Origin: an uncultured Verrucomicrobiae bacterium
Lineage (GTDB): Bacteria; Verrucomicrobiota; Verrucomicrobiia; Limisphaerales; Palsa-1400
Length of the DNA: 64,000 bases
Assembly (NCBI GenBank): GCA_963764165.1
Contig: CAVXRD010000002.1
Span: 1,440,001-1,504,000, forward strand
Reading direction: 5' to 3'
Shown here one piece after another: positions 28,201 through 36,810 of this stretch. Position 1 is the first letter of the stretch. Each line of letters opens with the position of its first letter. The translations under genes and the position numbers were made by a program. The notes under the pieces were generated by a model. The model ran no database searches, was not told where the DNA came from, and saw only the letters and a program-made list of their open reading frames with translations.

Positions 28201-30340
28201 GGCAATCGGGCCTGCGGGAGCAACCGGGGCAACGGGACTCGCGGGCGCAGCGGGACCGACCGGGGCGCCGGGCCTTGACGGAACCAACGGATTAAATGGA
28301 ACCAATGGGCCAATTGGACTTACAGGTGCAACAGGGGCAGCCGGACCTGCGGGAGCAACTGGCCCTGCTGGGCCTGCAGGAGCGCAAGGACAAGTGGGAG
28401 CAATCGGCGCAACCGGACTCGCGGGCGCAGCGGGACCGACCGGGGCGCCGGGCCTTGATGGAACCAACGGATTAAATGGAACCAATGGGCCAATTGGACT
28501 TACAGGTGCAACCGGGGCAGCCGGACCTGCGGGAGCAACTGGCCTTGCCGGACCTGTGGGAGCGCAAGGACTAGTCGGAGCAACTGGCGCAACTGGACCA
28601 GCGGGCGCGATAGGATTGACCGGAGCAACTGGCGTCGAAGGACCCGCAGGAACTAATGGACTGAATGGAACTAACGGGCTCAATGGAATCAATGGATCAA
28701 CCGGGGCAGCCGGACCTGCGGGAGCAACTGGCCCTGCTGGGCCTGCAGGAGCGCAAGGACAAGTGGGAGCAATCGGCGCAACCGGACTCGCGGGCGCAGC
28801 GGGACCTACCGGGGCGCCGGGCCTTGATGGAACCAACGGATTAAATGGAACCAATGGGCCAATTGGACTTACAGGTGCAACCGGGGCAGCCGGACCTGCG
28901 GGAGCAACTGGTCCTGCTGGGCCTGCGGGAGCGCAAGGACTAGCGGGAGCAATCGGCGCAACCGGACTCGCGGGCGCGGCAGGACCGAGCGGGGCACCCG
29001 GCCTAGACGGAACCAACGGACTGAATGGAACCAATGGGCCAATTGGGCTTACAGGCGCAACCGGGGCTGCCGGCCCTGCGGGAGCAACCGGTCTCGCTGG
29101 GCCTGTGGGGGCGCAAGGGCCAGTCGGAGCAACCGGAGCGACTGGACTAGCGGGCGCGATAGGATTGACCGGAGCAACTGGCGTCGAAGGACCCGCAGGA
29201 ACTAATGGACTGAATGGAACTAACGGGCTCAATGGAATCAATGGATCAACCGGGGCAGCCGGACCTGCGGGAGCAACTGGCCCTGCTGGGCCTGCAGGAG
29301 CGCAAGGACAAGTGGGAGCAATCGGCGCAACCGGACTCGCGGGCGCAGCGGGACCTACCGGGGCGCCGGGCCTTGATGGAACCAACGGATTAAATGGAAC
29401 CAATGGGCCAATTGGACTTACAGGTGCAACCGGGGCAGCCGGACCTGCGGGAGCAACTGGCCTTGCCGGACCTGTGGGAGCGCAAGGACTAGTCGGAGCA
29501 ACTGGCGCAACTGGACCAGCGGGCGCGGCAGGACCGAGCGGGGCACCCGGCCTAGACGGAACCAACGGACTGAATGGAACCAATGGGCCAATTGGGCTTA
29601 CAGGCGCAACCGGGGCTGCCGGCCCTGCGGGAGCAACCGGTCTCGCTGGGCCTGTAGGGGCGCAAGGGCCAGTCGGAGCAACCGGAGCGACTGGCCTGCC
29701 TGGGCCAACGGGAGCGCAGGGACTGGCAGGCACAACCGGAGCAACAGGACTAGTCGGCCCAACGGGTCTGACTGGTGCATCGGGCCTTGACGGAACCAAC
29801 GGGCTGAATGGAACCAATGGTCTAACCGGCGCAATCGGCCCTGCGGGCGCAACCGGCCCTGCGGGCGCAACTGGTCCAATTGGACCGTCTGGGACCAACG
29901 GCCTCAACGGAACCAACGGATCGGGCTCTTCAGAATACGGTTACATTTACAATTTGAACGCTCAAGTGGTGGCACTCGAGGCCGATGTCACCTTCAGCGC
30001 AAATGGCATTGGCACCGCCGGATTTACCCACACGCTCGGAAGTTCTGGCATTACGTTTGCAACACCCGGGGTCTACAAAATTACATTCTCCGTGTCAGGG
30101 GAGGAGCCAAATCAATTTGCGTTATGCGTCAACGGAGTCGTAATTCCAGAAAGCACTTACGGTTCAGGCGCCGGCACCCAGCAAAATAACGGCCAGGCGA
30201 TATTAGCCATGAATGCCAGCGACGTTCTGACATTGCGCAACCATGCCTCCGCCGCAGCCGTGACGCTTGTCTCAGCCCCTCCCATCGGAGGCACAGCCGC
30301 CACCGTAAACGCTTCTGTCCTGATGCAAAAGTTGAATTAG
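25256..30340 (+). CDS. Giant secreted collagen-like protein with BclA-like (C1q/TNF-fold) C-terminal domain
   Basis: Signal peptide; Cys-containing N-domain; about 475 Gly-X-Y triplets (25640-29920); C-terminus 'EYGYIYNL...PNQFAL.VNG...YGSGAGTQQNNGQAI...LTLRNH...VNASVL.QKL'. Confidence 0.92.
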   Translation: MTRKPISLPAPLWLVLFTLVALASSARATVLAITECNCSNITILVEKFTNYPPGALTVTLGGTATNGGVLVPSTFYYTNQTIVLNRPAGLAGGAIWIKVFLYNVLFANNNLILCECATNTTSTNCECTGAEGPAGPTGPEGPRGLSGAEGPKGASGPEGPKGVAGPKGATGPAGVAGAKGATGPAGPKGSPGTPGGKIGPAGTNGLNGTNGLSGAIGPAGGTGATGPAGPVGATGLPGVAGQPGEIGPRGFAGANGLNGTNGLSGPIGPVGATGATGFTGPAGPAGLMGAAGATGQTGAMGLTGPTGPEGLAGTNGLNGTNGAPGAIGPAGAIGATGFTGPAGPAGLMGAAGATGQTGAMGLTGPAGPEGLAGTNGLNGTNGAPGAIGPAGAIGATGFTGPAGPAGLMGAAGATGQTGAMGLTGPTGPEGLAGTNGLNGTNGAPGAIGPAGAIGTTGFTGPAGPAGLMGAAGATGQAGAMGLTGPTGPEGLAGTNGLNGTNGAPGAIGPAGAIGATGFTGPAGPAGLMGAAGATGQTGVMGLTGPTGSEGLAGTNGLNGTNGAPGAIGPAGAIGATGFTGPAGPAGLMGAVGATGQAGAMGLTGPTGPEGLAGTNGLNGTNGAPGAIGPAGAIGATGFTGPAGPAGLMGAAGAIGQAGAMGLTGPTGPEGLAGTNGLNGTNGAMGLMGATGSAGPAGATGLAGPVGPQGQVGATGATGLAGAAGLTGATGVEGPAGTNGLNGTNGLNGINGSTGAIGPAGSTGATGLMGTTGLPGAPGLDGTNGLNGTNGTTGLTGATGAAGPAGATGPAGPAGAQGVVGATGATGLMGTTGLPGAPGLDGTNGLNGTNGPIGLTGATGAVGLTGATGLAGPAGPQGLAGVTGATGLAGAAGPSGVPGLDGTNGLNGTNGPIGLTGATGAAGPAGATGLAGPVGAQGPVGATGATGLAGAIGLTGATGVEGPAGTNGLNGTNGLNGINGSTGAIGPAGATGATGLAGAAGPTGAPGLDGTNGLNGTNGPIGLTGATGAAGPAGATGPAGPAGAQGQVGAIGATGLAGAAGPTGAPGLDGTNGLNGTNGPIGLTGATGAAGPAGATGLAGPVGAQGLVGATGATGPAGAIGLTGATGVEGPAGTNGLNGTNGLNGINGSTGAAGPAGATGPAGPAGAQGQVGAIGATGLAGAAGPTGAPGLDGTNGLNGTNGPIGLTGATGAAGPAGATGPAGPAGAQGLAGAIGATGLAGAAGPSGAPGLDGTNGLNGTNGPIGLTGATGAAGPAGATGLAGPVGAQGPVGATGATGLAGAIGLTGATGVEGPAGTNGLNGTNGLNGINGSTGAAGPAGATGPAGPAGAQGQVGAIGATGLAGAAGPTGAPGLDGTNGLNGTNGPIGLTGATGAAGPAGATGLAGPVGAQGLVGATGATGPAGAAGPSGAPGLDGTNGLNGTNGPIGLTGATGAAGPAGATGLAGPVGAQGPVGATGATGLPGPTGAQGLAGTTGATGLVGPTGLTGASGLDGTNGLNGTNGLTGAIGPAGATGPAGATGPIGPSGTNGLNGTNGSGSSEYGYIYNLNAQVVALEADVTFSANGIGTAGFTHTLGSSGITFATPGVYKITFSVSGEEPNQFALCVNGVVIPESTYGSGAGTQQNNGQAILAMNASDVLTLRNHASAAAVTLVSAPPIGGTAATVNASVLMQKLN
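26071..27300 (+). repeat. About seven tandem 180-bp units inside the collagen gene
   Basis: Near-identical sequence recurs at 26071, 26251, 26431, 26611, 26791, 26971 and 27151; further mosaic repeats continue to about 29700. Confidence 0.9.
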
Positions 30341-30357
30341 CGCGAGGCAGGGCCGGT

Positions 30358-30413
30358 GTCAGTCATCACTTTTTGCACTTGGGTTTTGGCCGTGAATGCT
30401 GGGTGTGAGAGGG
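30358..30413 (+). repeat. RAYT element left end (direct repeat A)
   Basis: About 45/56 identity to 32290-32344; lies just upstream of the transposase relic. Confidence 0.75.
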
Positions 30414-30422
30414 TTTGGCAGC

Positions 30423-30615
30423 ATGCCGCGCCAATTGCGCCTGGAATATCGCGCGGTCTATCACGTCATGAATCGCGGGGACCGCCGCGAAGACATCTTG
30501 CGCGACAACGAGGACCGGCGCCTTTTTCTCTCGACTCTGGCCGAGGCCTGCCAAAAGACTCTCTGGCAGGTGCATGCTTTGATCTGTTTCTTCGTCGACT
30601 GATTCATTTCACTTG
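30423..30615 (+). pseudogene. Truncated REP-associated tyrosine transposase (Y1/IS200-like, RAYT)
   Basis: 'MPRQLRLEY.AVYHVMNRGDRREDI...FLSTLAEACQKTLWQVHA' then degenerates; stop at 30602 precedes the HUH motif, with an HFHL-like remnant (catttcacttg) out of frame. Confidence 0.85.
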
Positions 30616-30743
30616 ATGCCCATGGTCAAGGACATCATCAAAAGCGCGGGCGTAGCGTGGCAAATTGGGGTTTCCATGGACGTGAGGCTATCCGTCGACG
30701 GTTGTCCGGTTTCAACCTTCAGCGGTGTTATATTAGTAATTGC

Positions 30744-32216
30744 GTGAACGACCTGGAACTGCTGCACCGCTACGAGCGAGACCAATGCGAGGATTCCTTC
30801 GCCGAGTTGGTGAATCGGCACGTGAATTTTGTCTATTCCGTCGCGCTCAGACAGGTTCGCTCGCCAGAGTTGGCTGAGGAGATTGCGCAGTTCGTCTTCA
30901 TGACCATGGCCCGGAATGCCTCCAAAATGAAACCGGACACGATTCTCACGGCCTGGCTTTATCGAGTGACACGGCGGGCCGCCGTCAATGCCGTGCGGGG
31001 CGAATCGCGCCGCCGCCAACGCGAGCAAGTCGCGGTTGATCTGGCGAATCTCCAAACAGACGTTGCCGACTGGGCCGGAATTGAACCGCTCCTCGACGAA
31101 GCGATGGAGAACATCGACGAAGCCGGGCGGTCGGCCATCCTGCTGCGGTTCTTCGACGGCAAAAGCTTTCGTGAAGTCGGACTCCTGCTGGGAATTTCCG
31201 AGGAGGCCGCGCGCAAGCGGGTGAGTCGCGCGATCGAACAACTTCGGGATTGCTTCGCTGGACGAGGCGTGGCCGTTTCCAGTGCTGGCCTCGCGACTGT
31301 TCTTGCCGCTCATGCCGTCAAATCGGCTCCCGCCGGACTCGGGGCCGCCATTTGCGCCAGTGCCTCCGTCTGCGGATTACATGCCTCCAAAGCTATTGCC
31401 ATTGCCAAAACCATTGCCATGACTACCACACAAAAAGCCCTTCTAACTGCCGCCGTCGCTTTTGCTGTCGGAGCGGTTGTCCATGAAAACTTTCGCGTTT
31501 CCGGCCTTCGCGGCGGCATCGAGGCGCTTCAGCGCCAGCAGGAACCCCTGGCCGCCGACCTGGCCGGGGCGCGCCGCGAACGCGATGAGGCATCAAACCA
31601 ACTTCAGGTTGCCCAGAGGCAGCTGCAGCAATTGCGCCACGACACCTCCGAGCTTCCCAGGCTCCGCGGCGAACTGGCGCGCTGGCGCGACGCCGCCAAC
31701 AAGCTGGCTCAATCCAAGACATCCGACGCCGGCGCGGGAACCGATCCCGCAGACTCAACGGCAAAAGCCTGGGCGTCCCAGGTCAAGCAACTCCGCCAGC
31801 GCGCGGAGCAATGGCCCGACAAACGAATACCGGAACTTCAATTGGCCACCGATCAGGATTGGTTTGACGCGGTGGGTTCGACCAATTCGCTTGAATCCGA
31901 TGCCGATTACCGCCAGGCCCTCGACCGTTTGCGTCGGGCGGCCAAGAACAAACTTGTCCCGCTGCTTCAGGACGCCATGAAAAAGTACGCCGACGCCAAC
32001 AGCGGCCAATTGCCAGCCGAGTTGGCGCAAATTCAACCCTTCCTCGATCCATCCGTGGACAATGCGATGCTCCAACGCTACCAAATTCTGCAAGGCGGCA
32101 GCGTCAGCAATCTGCAGCCAAACCAACCCGTGCTGGCCGAAATTGCGCCGGTCGATGATCAATACGACGAGCGATACCTGATTATGATGAGCGGCGCGGG
32201 CGCTTCAGGTTGGTAG
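30744..32216 (+). CDS. ECF sigma-70 factor with long C-terminal extension
   Basis: 'SFAELVNRHVNFVYSVALR...AEEIAQ.VF', 'WLYRVTR', 'ILLRFFDGKSFREVG..LGISEEAARKRVSRA'; then TM-like segment, coiled coil and 'IPELQLATDQDW'. Confidence 0.9.
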   Translation: MNDLELLHRYERDQCEDSFAELVNRHVNFVYSVALRQVRSPELAEEIAQFVFMTMARNASKMKPDTILTAWLYRVTRRAAVNAVRGESRRRQREQVAVDLANLQTDVADWAGIEPLLDEAMENIDEAGRSAILLRFFDGKSFREVGLLLGISEEAARKRVSRAIEQLRDCFAGRGVAVSSAGLATVLAAHAVKSAPAGLGAAICASASVCGLHASKAIAIAKTIAMTTTQKALLTAAVAFAVGAVVHENFRVSGLRGGIEALQRQQEPLAADLAGARRERDEASNQLQVAQRQLQQLRHDTSELPRLRGELARWRDAANKLAQSKTSDAGAGTDPADSTAKAWASQVKQLRQRAEQWPDKRIPELQLATDQDWFDAVGSTNSLESDADYRQALDRLRRAAKNKLVPLLQDAMKKYADANSGQLPAELAQIQPFLDPSVDNAMLQRYQILQGGSVSNLQPNQPVLAEIAPVDDQYDERYLIMMSGAGASGW

Positions 32217-32289
32217 CCTCCAGGCGTTTGCAGACCGGGTTCCCTGATCCGCCGGTGGGGCGTAGTTTGTCAGTCGCAAGCACGCAAGG

Positions 32290-32344
32290 GTCAGTACTCA
32301 CTATTTGCACTTTGGATTTGACAGTGGACGCGGGGGTGAGAGGG
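32290..32344 (+). repeat. Second copy of the RAYT left end (direct repeat B), no transposase downstream
   Basis: gtcagtactcactatttgcactttggatttgacagtggacgcgggggtgagaggg vs 30358-30413. Confidence 0.75.
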
Positions 32345-32439
32345 CGGAGCTAAAAAAGGGGTCACACTTGCTTAGCTTGCTTAGCGGAATTGAAATGATT
32401 CCGCCCCTCTCCCACTGGCAATTTTTCGTTGGTTACGAA

Positions 32440-33378
32440 TTACTGCAAATACGTCAGAATCGAGGTCTGCATTACCAAAGTGCCGCTTTCCAAAGCGGCT
32501 TGGTAAGCGGTCTGCGTTTGGCTGAGCTGCGTCAGGGTGGTGGCGAGATCGGCGCTGGTGTCGTTGGACATTTGGCCCGTGATCGACAGGGCTTTTTGGG
32601 AGGAGGTGGTGCTCGCGGCGTCCAAGGTGGATTGCAAGACTCCGTTAGAACTGATTTGGGCCACGACGTGGTCTTCGTCCTTGGAAAGGTTCGGGGCGTC
32701 GGTGGTGGAGATGGCGCTGGTGTTGCCGGAAGCCAAATCCTGCTGCAGCGCGATCAAATGGCTGAAGATGTCGGCGCCGCTGCGGCTGTCGGCAAAGACG
32801 CCTTCGGTGCCTGTGCCGGTGGTGTTTTCGCCGGGGGATTGCGCGGAGACGGCAAGGGTGGGGCCTATTTGGCTGCTGGCAACCGACGTGTTCCCACCGT
32901 ATGTCACTGCGGTGATGTTTCCGTTGGCATCGGCTGTCGAACTGAAGGGCGCGGTGCTGTTGTTCGTTCCGGCGAATATATAATCGCCTTGCGCGTTCTT
33001 CGTGTTCGCCACTTGCAGCGCCTGCTGCACCAATTCGCCGACCTGCGTGGCATAGGTGGCAAGCTGCGTGGGAGAGGTGACGCCGTTGGCGTTGGTGGCT
33101 ATTTCGCTCGCCTGTTCCATCAGCGTTTGGAGGCTGTTCAGCGCGTCCGATGCCGTCGTGGCCGAATTTTGCAGGCTGGCGATGTTGCTCTGATACTGCG
33201 TGTTGGCGCTGGCTTCAGTCTGGAGATTCAAGACCTGGTTCATCGCTGCCGGGTCGTCTTCCGGCTGCGTGACTTTCAAGCCGGTGGACGTCTGTGTTTG
33301 CAGCGTGGATTGCTGGCTCTCCAGTTGCTGGATGTCGTAGAGGAAGTTGTTGTTGAATGAAAGATTGGTAACGTGCAT
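32440..33378 (-). CDS. flgL: Flagellar hook-associated protein 3
   Basis: Flagellin-like N-terminus 'TGLKVTQPEDDPAA', 'GDYIFAG', 'YQAAL...SILTYL'; follows flgK. Confidence 0.9.
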   Translation of the reverse strand: MHVTNLSFNNNFLYDIQQLESQQSTLQTQTSTGLKVTQPEDDPAAMNQVLNLQTEASANTQYQSNIASLQNSATTASDALNSLQTLMEQASEIATNANGVTSPTQLATYATQVGELVQQALQVANTKNAQGDYIFAGTNNSTAPFSSTADANGNITAVTYGGNTSVASSQIGPTLAVSAQSPGENTTGTGTEGVFADSRSGADIFSHLIALQQDLASGNTSAISTTDAPNLSKDEDHVVAQISSNGVLQSTLDAASTTSSQKALSITGQMSNDTSADLATTLTQLSQTQTAYQAALESGTLVMQTSILTYLQ

Positions 33379-33391
33379 GAGGCCTTTTTAA

Positions 33392-34801
33392 TTAGCTGGT
33401 TTTCATATTAACCACGGTCTGCATCATTTGGTTCAGGGTGGTGACCAATTCCGCGGAGGCCTCGTAGGCTTTCTGGTATTGCAGGAGGTTCGTCATTTCC
33501 GTGTCCACTGAAACCCCGCTGGCCGAGGCGCGCTCCGTGGATAGCATTTGCGTGACGGCCTGGCTGTTATTGAGCTTGTCGTTGACTGTTGAGATGGCGG
33601 TGCCGAGGTTCGACACCGCATTCGCGTAACTGCCCGAGAAAGTCTGATTGCCCAGCGCCGAAATGTTTTGATTGCCCAATTCCGCCAGCGACAGGGCCAC
33701 CGTGTTGTCTCCGGCCGCCCCGGCGGATCCGGCGGCTTGAAACTGCGAGGGATCATCGACGACATTGCTGTTGACGCCGATGTTCGCCGCGCTGCTTCCC
33801 GTGAAAAGATCCTGCCCCGTATTGCCGTGCAGATCGTAGCCGGCGGAATAAATCGTGTTGACCTGCGTGGCAAGCTGGGAAGCCAGCGAGTTCAGCCCGC
33901 CTTGCAAATCGGCCAGCGCGCCGTCGCGCGCGGTAATCGCGCCTTCGATGCTGCCGCCTGTCAATGTAATTGGCGTGCTGCCATGGATCGATTCGATTTG
34001 CAGATTGCCGTTCGTGTCCGCGTAGGCCTGGAGGCCGTCCGCCGCGGTGCCGCCGGCAACCATCGCGATTCCGCCGATGCTGACGTTGACCGCTCCGTTG
34101 GCCTGCGTGCTGGTGGAGATGTTCGCAACGCCCGCCAGATTCTCCAGCGCCTGCTCGCGCTGGTCGACCAATTGTGGCGCTCCCGTTCCCGCCGCCTGCG
34201 CGGCGACGATTTGCGAATTGAGCGTGGCAATGGTGCTTAAGTCCTGATTGGCGGTGGCCACGTCATTTTGAACGGACGAGTTCAGCCCTTGTTGAACGGT
34301 GGAAAGCTGGGCAGAAACTTGATTGAATTGGTTGGCCACCTGCTGCGCCGCTTCAACCGCCGTTTGGCGAAGCGATGTGTCCGAAGGATCGGCTGAAAGG
34401 CCCTGGAACGCGTCAAATAAATTAGACAGTCCCGCCGCCAGCCCGTTCGGGCTATCCGCCGTGGTCGATGACGTGCTGCTCGTAATCGTCTCGTCCAAAT
34501 ACGCCTCGGTGTTTTGCAAACTGGATTGCTGCACGTTGAGCGAACCCGTTGCGCTCGTCTCCGCCTGGATTTGGCTGTCAAGCAGCGGATTGCGCGATGA
34601 CGTGATGTCCGTCATTTGGATTCCGGTTCCCTCGTCGCCGATCACGGTGTCCAGTGGCGTCGATTCCGAGGTGACAAGCTGCTCGTCGGCGTAGGAGGCG
34701 TTGTTGGCGTTGGACACGTTCTGTCCGGAAATGGCCATCTCCTCCTGCTGCACCGAGAGGGAGCGCGAAGCCATGTCCAAAGATCCAAAAAGTCCAAGCA
34801 T
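33392..34801 (-). CDS. flgK: Flagellar hook-associated protein 1
   Basis: 'GQNVSNANN..Y', 'GTG', 'SGVSVDTEMTNLLQYQKAYEASA'. Confidence 0.92.
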   Translation of the reverse strand: MLGLFGSLDMASRSLSVQQEEMAISGQNVSNANNASYADEQLVTSESTPLDTVIGDEGTGIQMTDITSSRNPLLDSQIQAETSATGSLNVQQSSLQNTEAYLDETITSSTSSTTADSPNGLAAGLSNLFDAFQGLSADPSDTSLRQTAVEAAQQVANQFNQVSAQLSTVQQGLNSSVQNDVATANQDLSTIATLNSQIVAAQAAGTGAPQLVDQREQALENLAGVANISTSTQANGAVNVSIGGIAMVAGGTAADGLQAYADTNGNLQIESIHGSTPITLTGGSIEGAITARDGALADLQGGLNSLASQLATQVNTIYSAGYDLHGNTGQDLFTGSSAANIGVNSNVVDDPSQFQAAGSAGAAGDNTVALSLAELGNQNISALGNQTFSGSYANAVSNLGTAISTVNDKLNNSQAVTQMLSTERASASGVSVDTEMTNLLQYQKAYEASAELVTTLNQMMQTVVNMKTS

Positions 34802-34808
34802 AAAAATA

Positions 34809-35306
34809 TCAGCCGACAGCTTCGTAAAAATGACGGGGACCGGACTGGCTCATCGGGAGATCTCCATTTCCATCGTAGACGGAGGTTTGACGGACCGGCA
34901 GAAGCGTGTTGAGCAATTCCTGCATCAATTCCACCGAGCGCCGCAGCATCAAATGATTTTGCCGGGCCCGCTTGTGGACGCGGGCCAGAAGCTCGTTATT
35001 CTCCTCAACCAAGGCGCCCATCAACGGCTGATAATCCGGCGGCAGCAAGGGGATGAGCTTGGCGAAATGGCAATCGCCTTGCTGGCCGCAATCGCACGCC
35101 AGTTTGCGGCGGCATTCCTCGCGCCGGGCCCGCGCGCTCTGGATGGCGGCGCCCTGGGCCTTGATCAAGCTGATTGATTGAAATACTTCCGAAGCGGCGC
35201 GGGCCACCAAAAGCTCCTTCTGGCGGTCAAGCAGGGCGAGCATTTCCCCGTAATGCTGAAGCTCGTCCCGCAGGGCGTCGATTAGTTGCTTAATGCTCAT
35301 GATCAT
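34809..35306 (-). CDS. flgN: Flagellar export chaperone FlgN
   Basis: Helical protein between flgJ and flgK with 'N..L' and 'YD..G' pattern. Confidence 0.75.
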   Translation of the reverse strand: MIMSIKQLIDALRDELQHYGEMLALLDRQKELLVARAASEVFQSISLIKAQGAAIQSARARREECRRKLACDCGQQGDCHFAKLIPLLPPDYQPLMGALVEENNELLARVHKRARQNHLMLRRSVELMQELLNTLLPVRQTSVYDGNGDLPMSQSGPRHFYEAVG

Positions 35307-35692
35307 GGATTTAGAACGACGGGTTTATGGACGGAAACGGGATGAAAGGCCGGCTGGCGCGTGATTCCCGCCGCTTTCGCCTGCCCCAGCACCTGGTGTG
35401 ACAATTGTGTTGACAGACTGTTCGCCAGCCCCAGCCCGCCGCCCTGCTCGATGCTCTGGGCCATCTGGTTGTTGATCATGTCATTGTAAATCCCGGCGGC
35501 AGTCGGATCGCCGCCGGACTTGTCAAGAATAGGCTTGCGGATGTCCGACAAAATCTGCCGCATCAGCACCGCTTCAAATTGCCGCGAGACCTCGTTGATT
35601 TTCTGGGAGTCGGAAACATTCTTGTTCGCGGCCAGCGTGTCCAACTGAAGTTGGGCGGGGACGGCCTGATGATGGATGGCAAAAGCATTCAT
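35303..35692 (-). CDS. flgJ: Rod-binding protein (short FlgJ, no muramidase domain)
   Basis: 'QFEAVLMRQIL...MA...GGLGLA..L'. Confidence 0.8.
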   Translation of the reverse strand: MNAFAIHHQAVPAQLQLDTLAANKNVSDSQKINEVSRQFEAVLMRQILSDIRKPILDKSGGDPTAAGIYNDMINNQMAQSIEQGGGLGLANSLSTQLSHQVLGQAKAAGITRQPAFHPVSVHKPVVLNP

Positions 35693-35695
35693 AGT

Positions 35696-36802
35696 TTACC
35701 GCATGATAAGTTCGGCCTGCAGCGCGCCGGCCTGTTTCATCGCTTCAAACATTGACATCATGTCGCGCGGCGTCACGCCGAGGGAATTGAGCGCGGCGGC
35801 GACTTTCTCCACCGTCGGCAATTCCGGCAACGGCACCAGCGCCCCTTTGTCTTCCTTGATTTTGACGTCGCTCTGGTTGACGACCTGGGTTGAACCCTGG
35901 CTTAAGGCGCCGGGCTGCGACACCGTCGGCGTCGAAGAAATGCTGATGGTCACGTTGCCGTGCGACACGGCGCAATTGGAAATGTGAATGCGCGCGGTGG
36001 CCACAATGGTGCCAGTGCGCTCGTTGATAATCACCCGGGCCGGAACATCCGGAGTGACTTCCAGCGACTCCACTTGAGCAATGAAATCCACCGAGGATTC
36101 GGCGAACGAGGGCGGAATCGCCACCCGGATGGTGGACGAGTCAACAGCCACGGAACTGGCGGGAAATTTTCCGTTCAACACCGCCGCCATCCGCGAGGCG
36201 GAAGTAAAATCGGGATTGCGCAGGAGCAATTCAATATGGTTGTCGCTGACGATGGTCGCCGGAATTTCCTCTTCCACCAGCGCCCCGTTGATGATGGTGC
36301 CCACGGTCGGATGATTCTTGGTCACGCTGGCATCGCCTCCGCCGCCTCCGCTGCTGGCGGACAATCCGCCAATGGAGAGCGGGCCCTGGGCCAGTGCGTA
36401 TACTTTTTTATCCGCGCCGAGGAGCATCGTCTGGATCAGCACGCCGCCTTGCAGGCTTTTGGCGTCACCCATCGAGGAGACCACCACGTCCAGGCGCGAG
36501 CCGGGTTTGGCAAAGGCCGGAATATCCGCCGTCACCATCACGATGGCGACGTTCTTGGCCGAGATGGTCGAAGCGGGAATGGTCAGTCCGTAATGCTGCA
36601 GCAGGTTGCCGATGGCTTGAAGAGTGTCGACGGGGTTTTTGTCGCCATCGCCCGCCAGGCCCGTGACCACGCCGAATCCTGATAATTGGTTATCCCGCGC
36701 GCCCGCGATAATGGCGAGGTCCTTGATGCGCGAACCGTCAGCTCTTGCGGGCGGAGCGATGGCTGTCAACAGAAGCAGCAACCATGTAATCCAGAGGCGC
36801 AT
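35696..36802 (-). CDS. flgI: Flagellar P-ring protein
   Basis: 'RIKDLA...RDNQL.G.G.V.GL.G.GD', 'KNVAIVMVTA', 'DAKSLQGG', 'INERTGTIV', 'GALQAEL'. Confidence 0.97.
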   Translation of the reverse strand: MRLWITWLLLLLTAIAPPARADGSRIKDLAIIAGARDNQLSGFGVVTGLAGDGDKNPVDTLQAIGNLLQHYGLTIPASTISAKNVAIVMVTADIPAFAKPGSRLDVVVSSMGDAKSLQGGVLIQTMLLGADKKVYALAQGPLSIGGLSASSGGGGGDASVTKNHPTVGTIINGALVEEEIPATIVSDNHIELLLRNPDFTSASRMAAVLNGKFPASSVAVDSSTIRVAIPPSFAESSVDFIAQVESLEVTPDVPARVIINERTGTIVATARIHISNCAVSHGNVTISISSTPTVSQPGALSQGSTQVVNQSDVKIKEDKGALVPLPELPTVEKVAAALNSLGVTPRDMMSMFEAMKQAGALQAELIMR

Positions 36803-36810
36803 TGCAAACC

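Noticed and set aside
26071..29900. CRISPR array
   Set aside because: Repeats are contiguous, in-frame coding units without unique spacers, and there are no cas genes.
25483..29916. 1477-aa antisense ORF (PVAPAGP repeats)
   Set aside because: Shadow of the collagen codon pattern; no independent domain, and it largely coincides with the repeat region.
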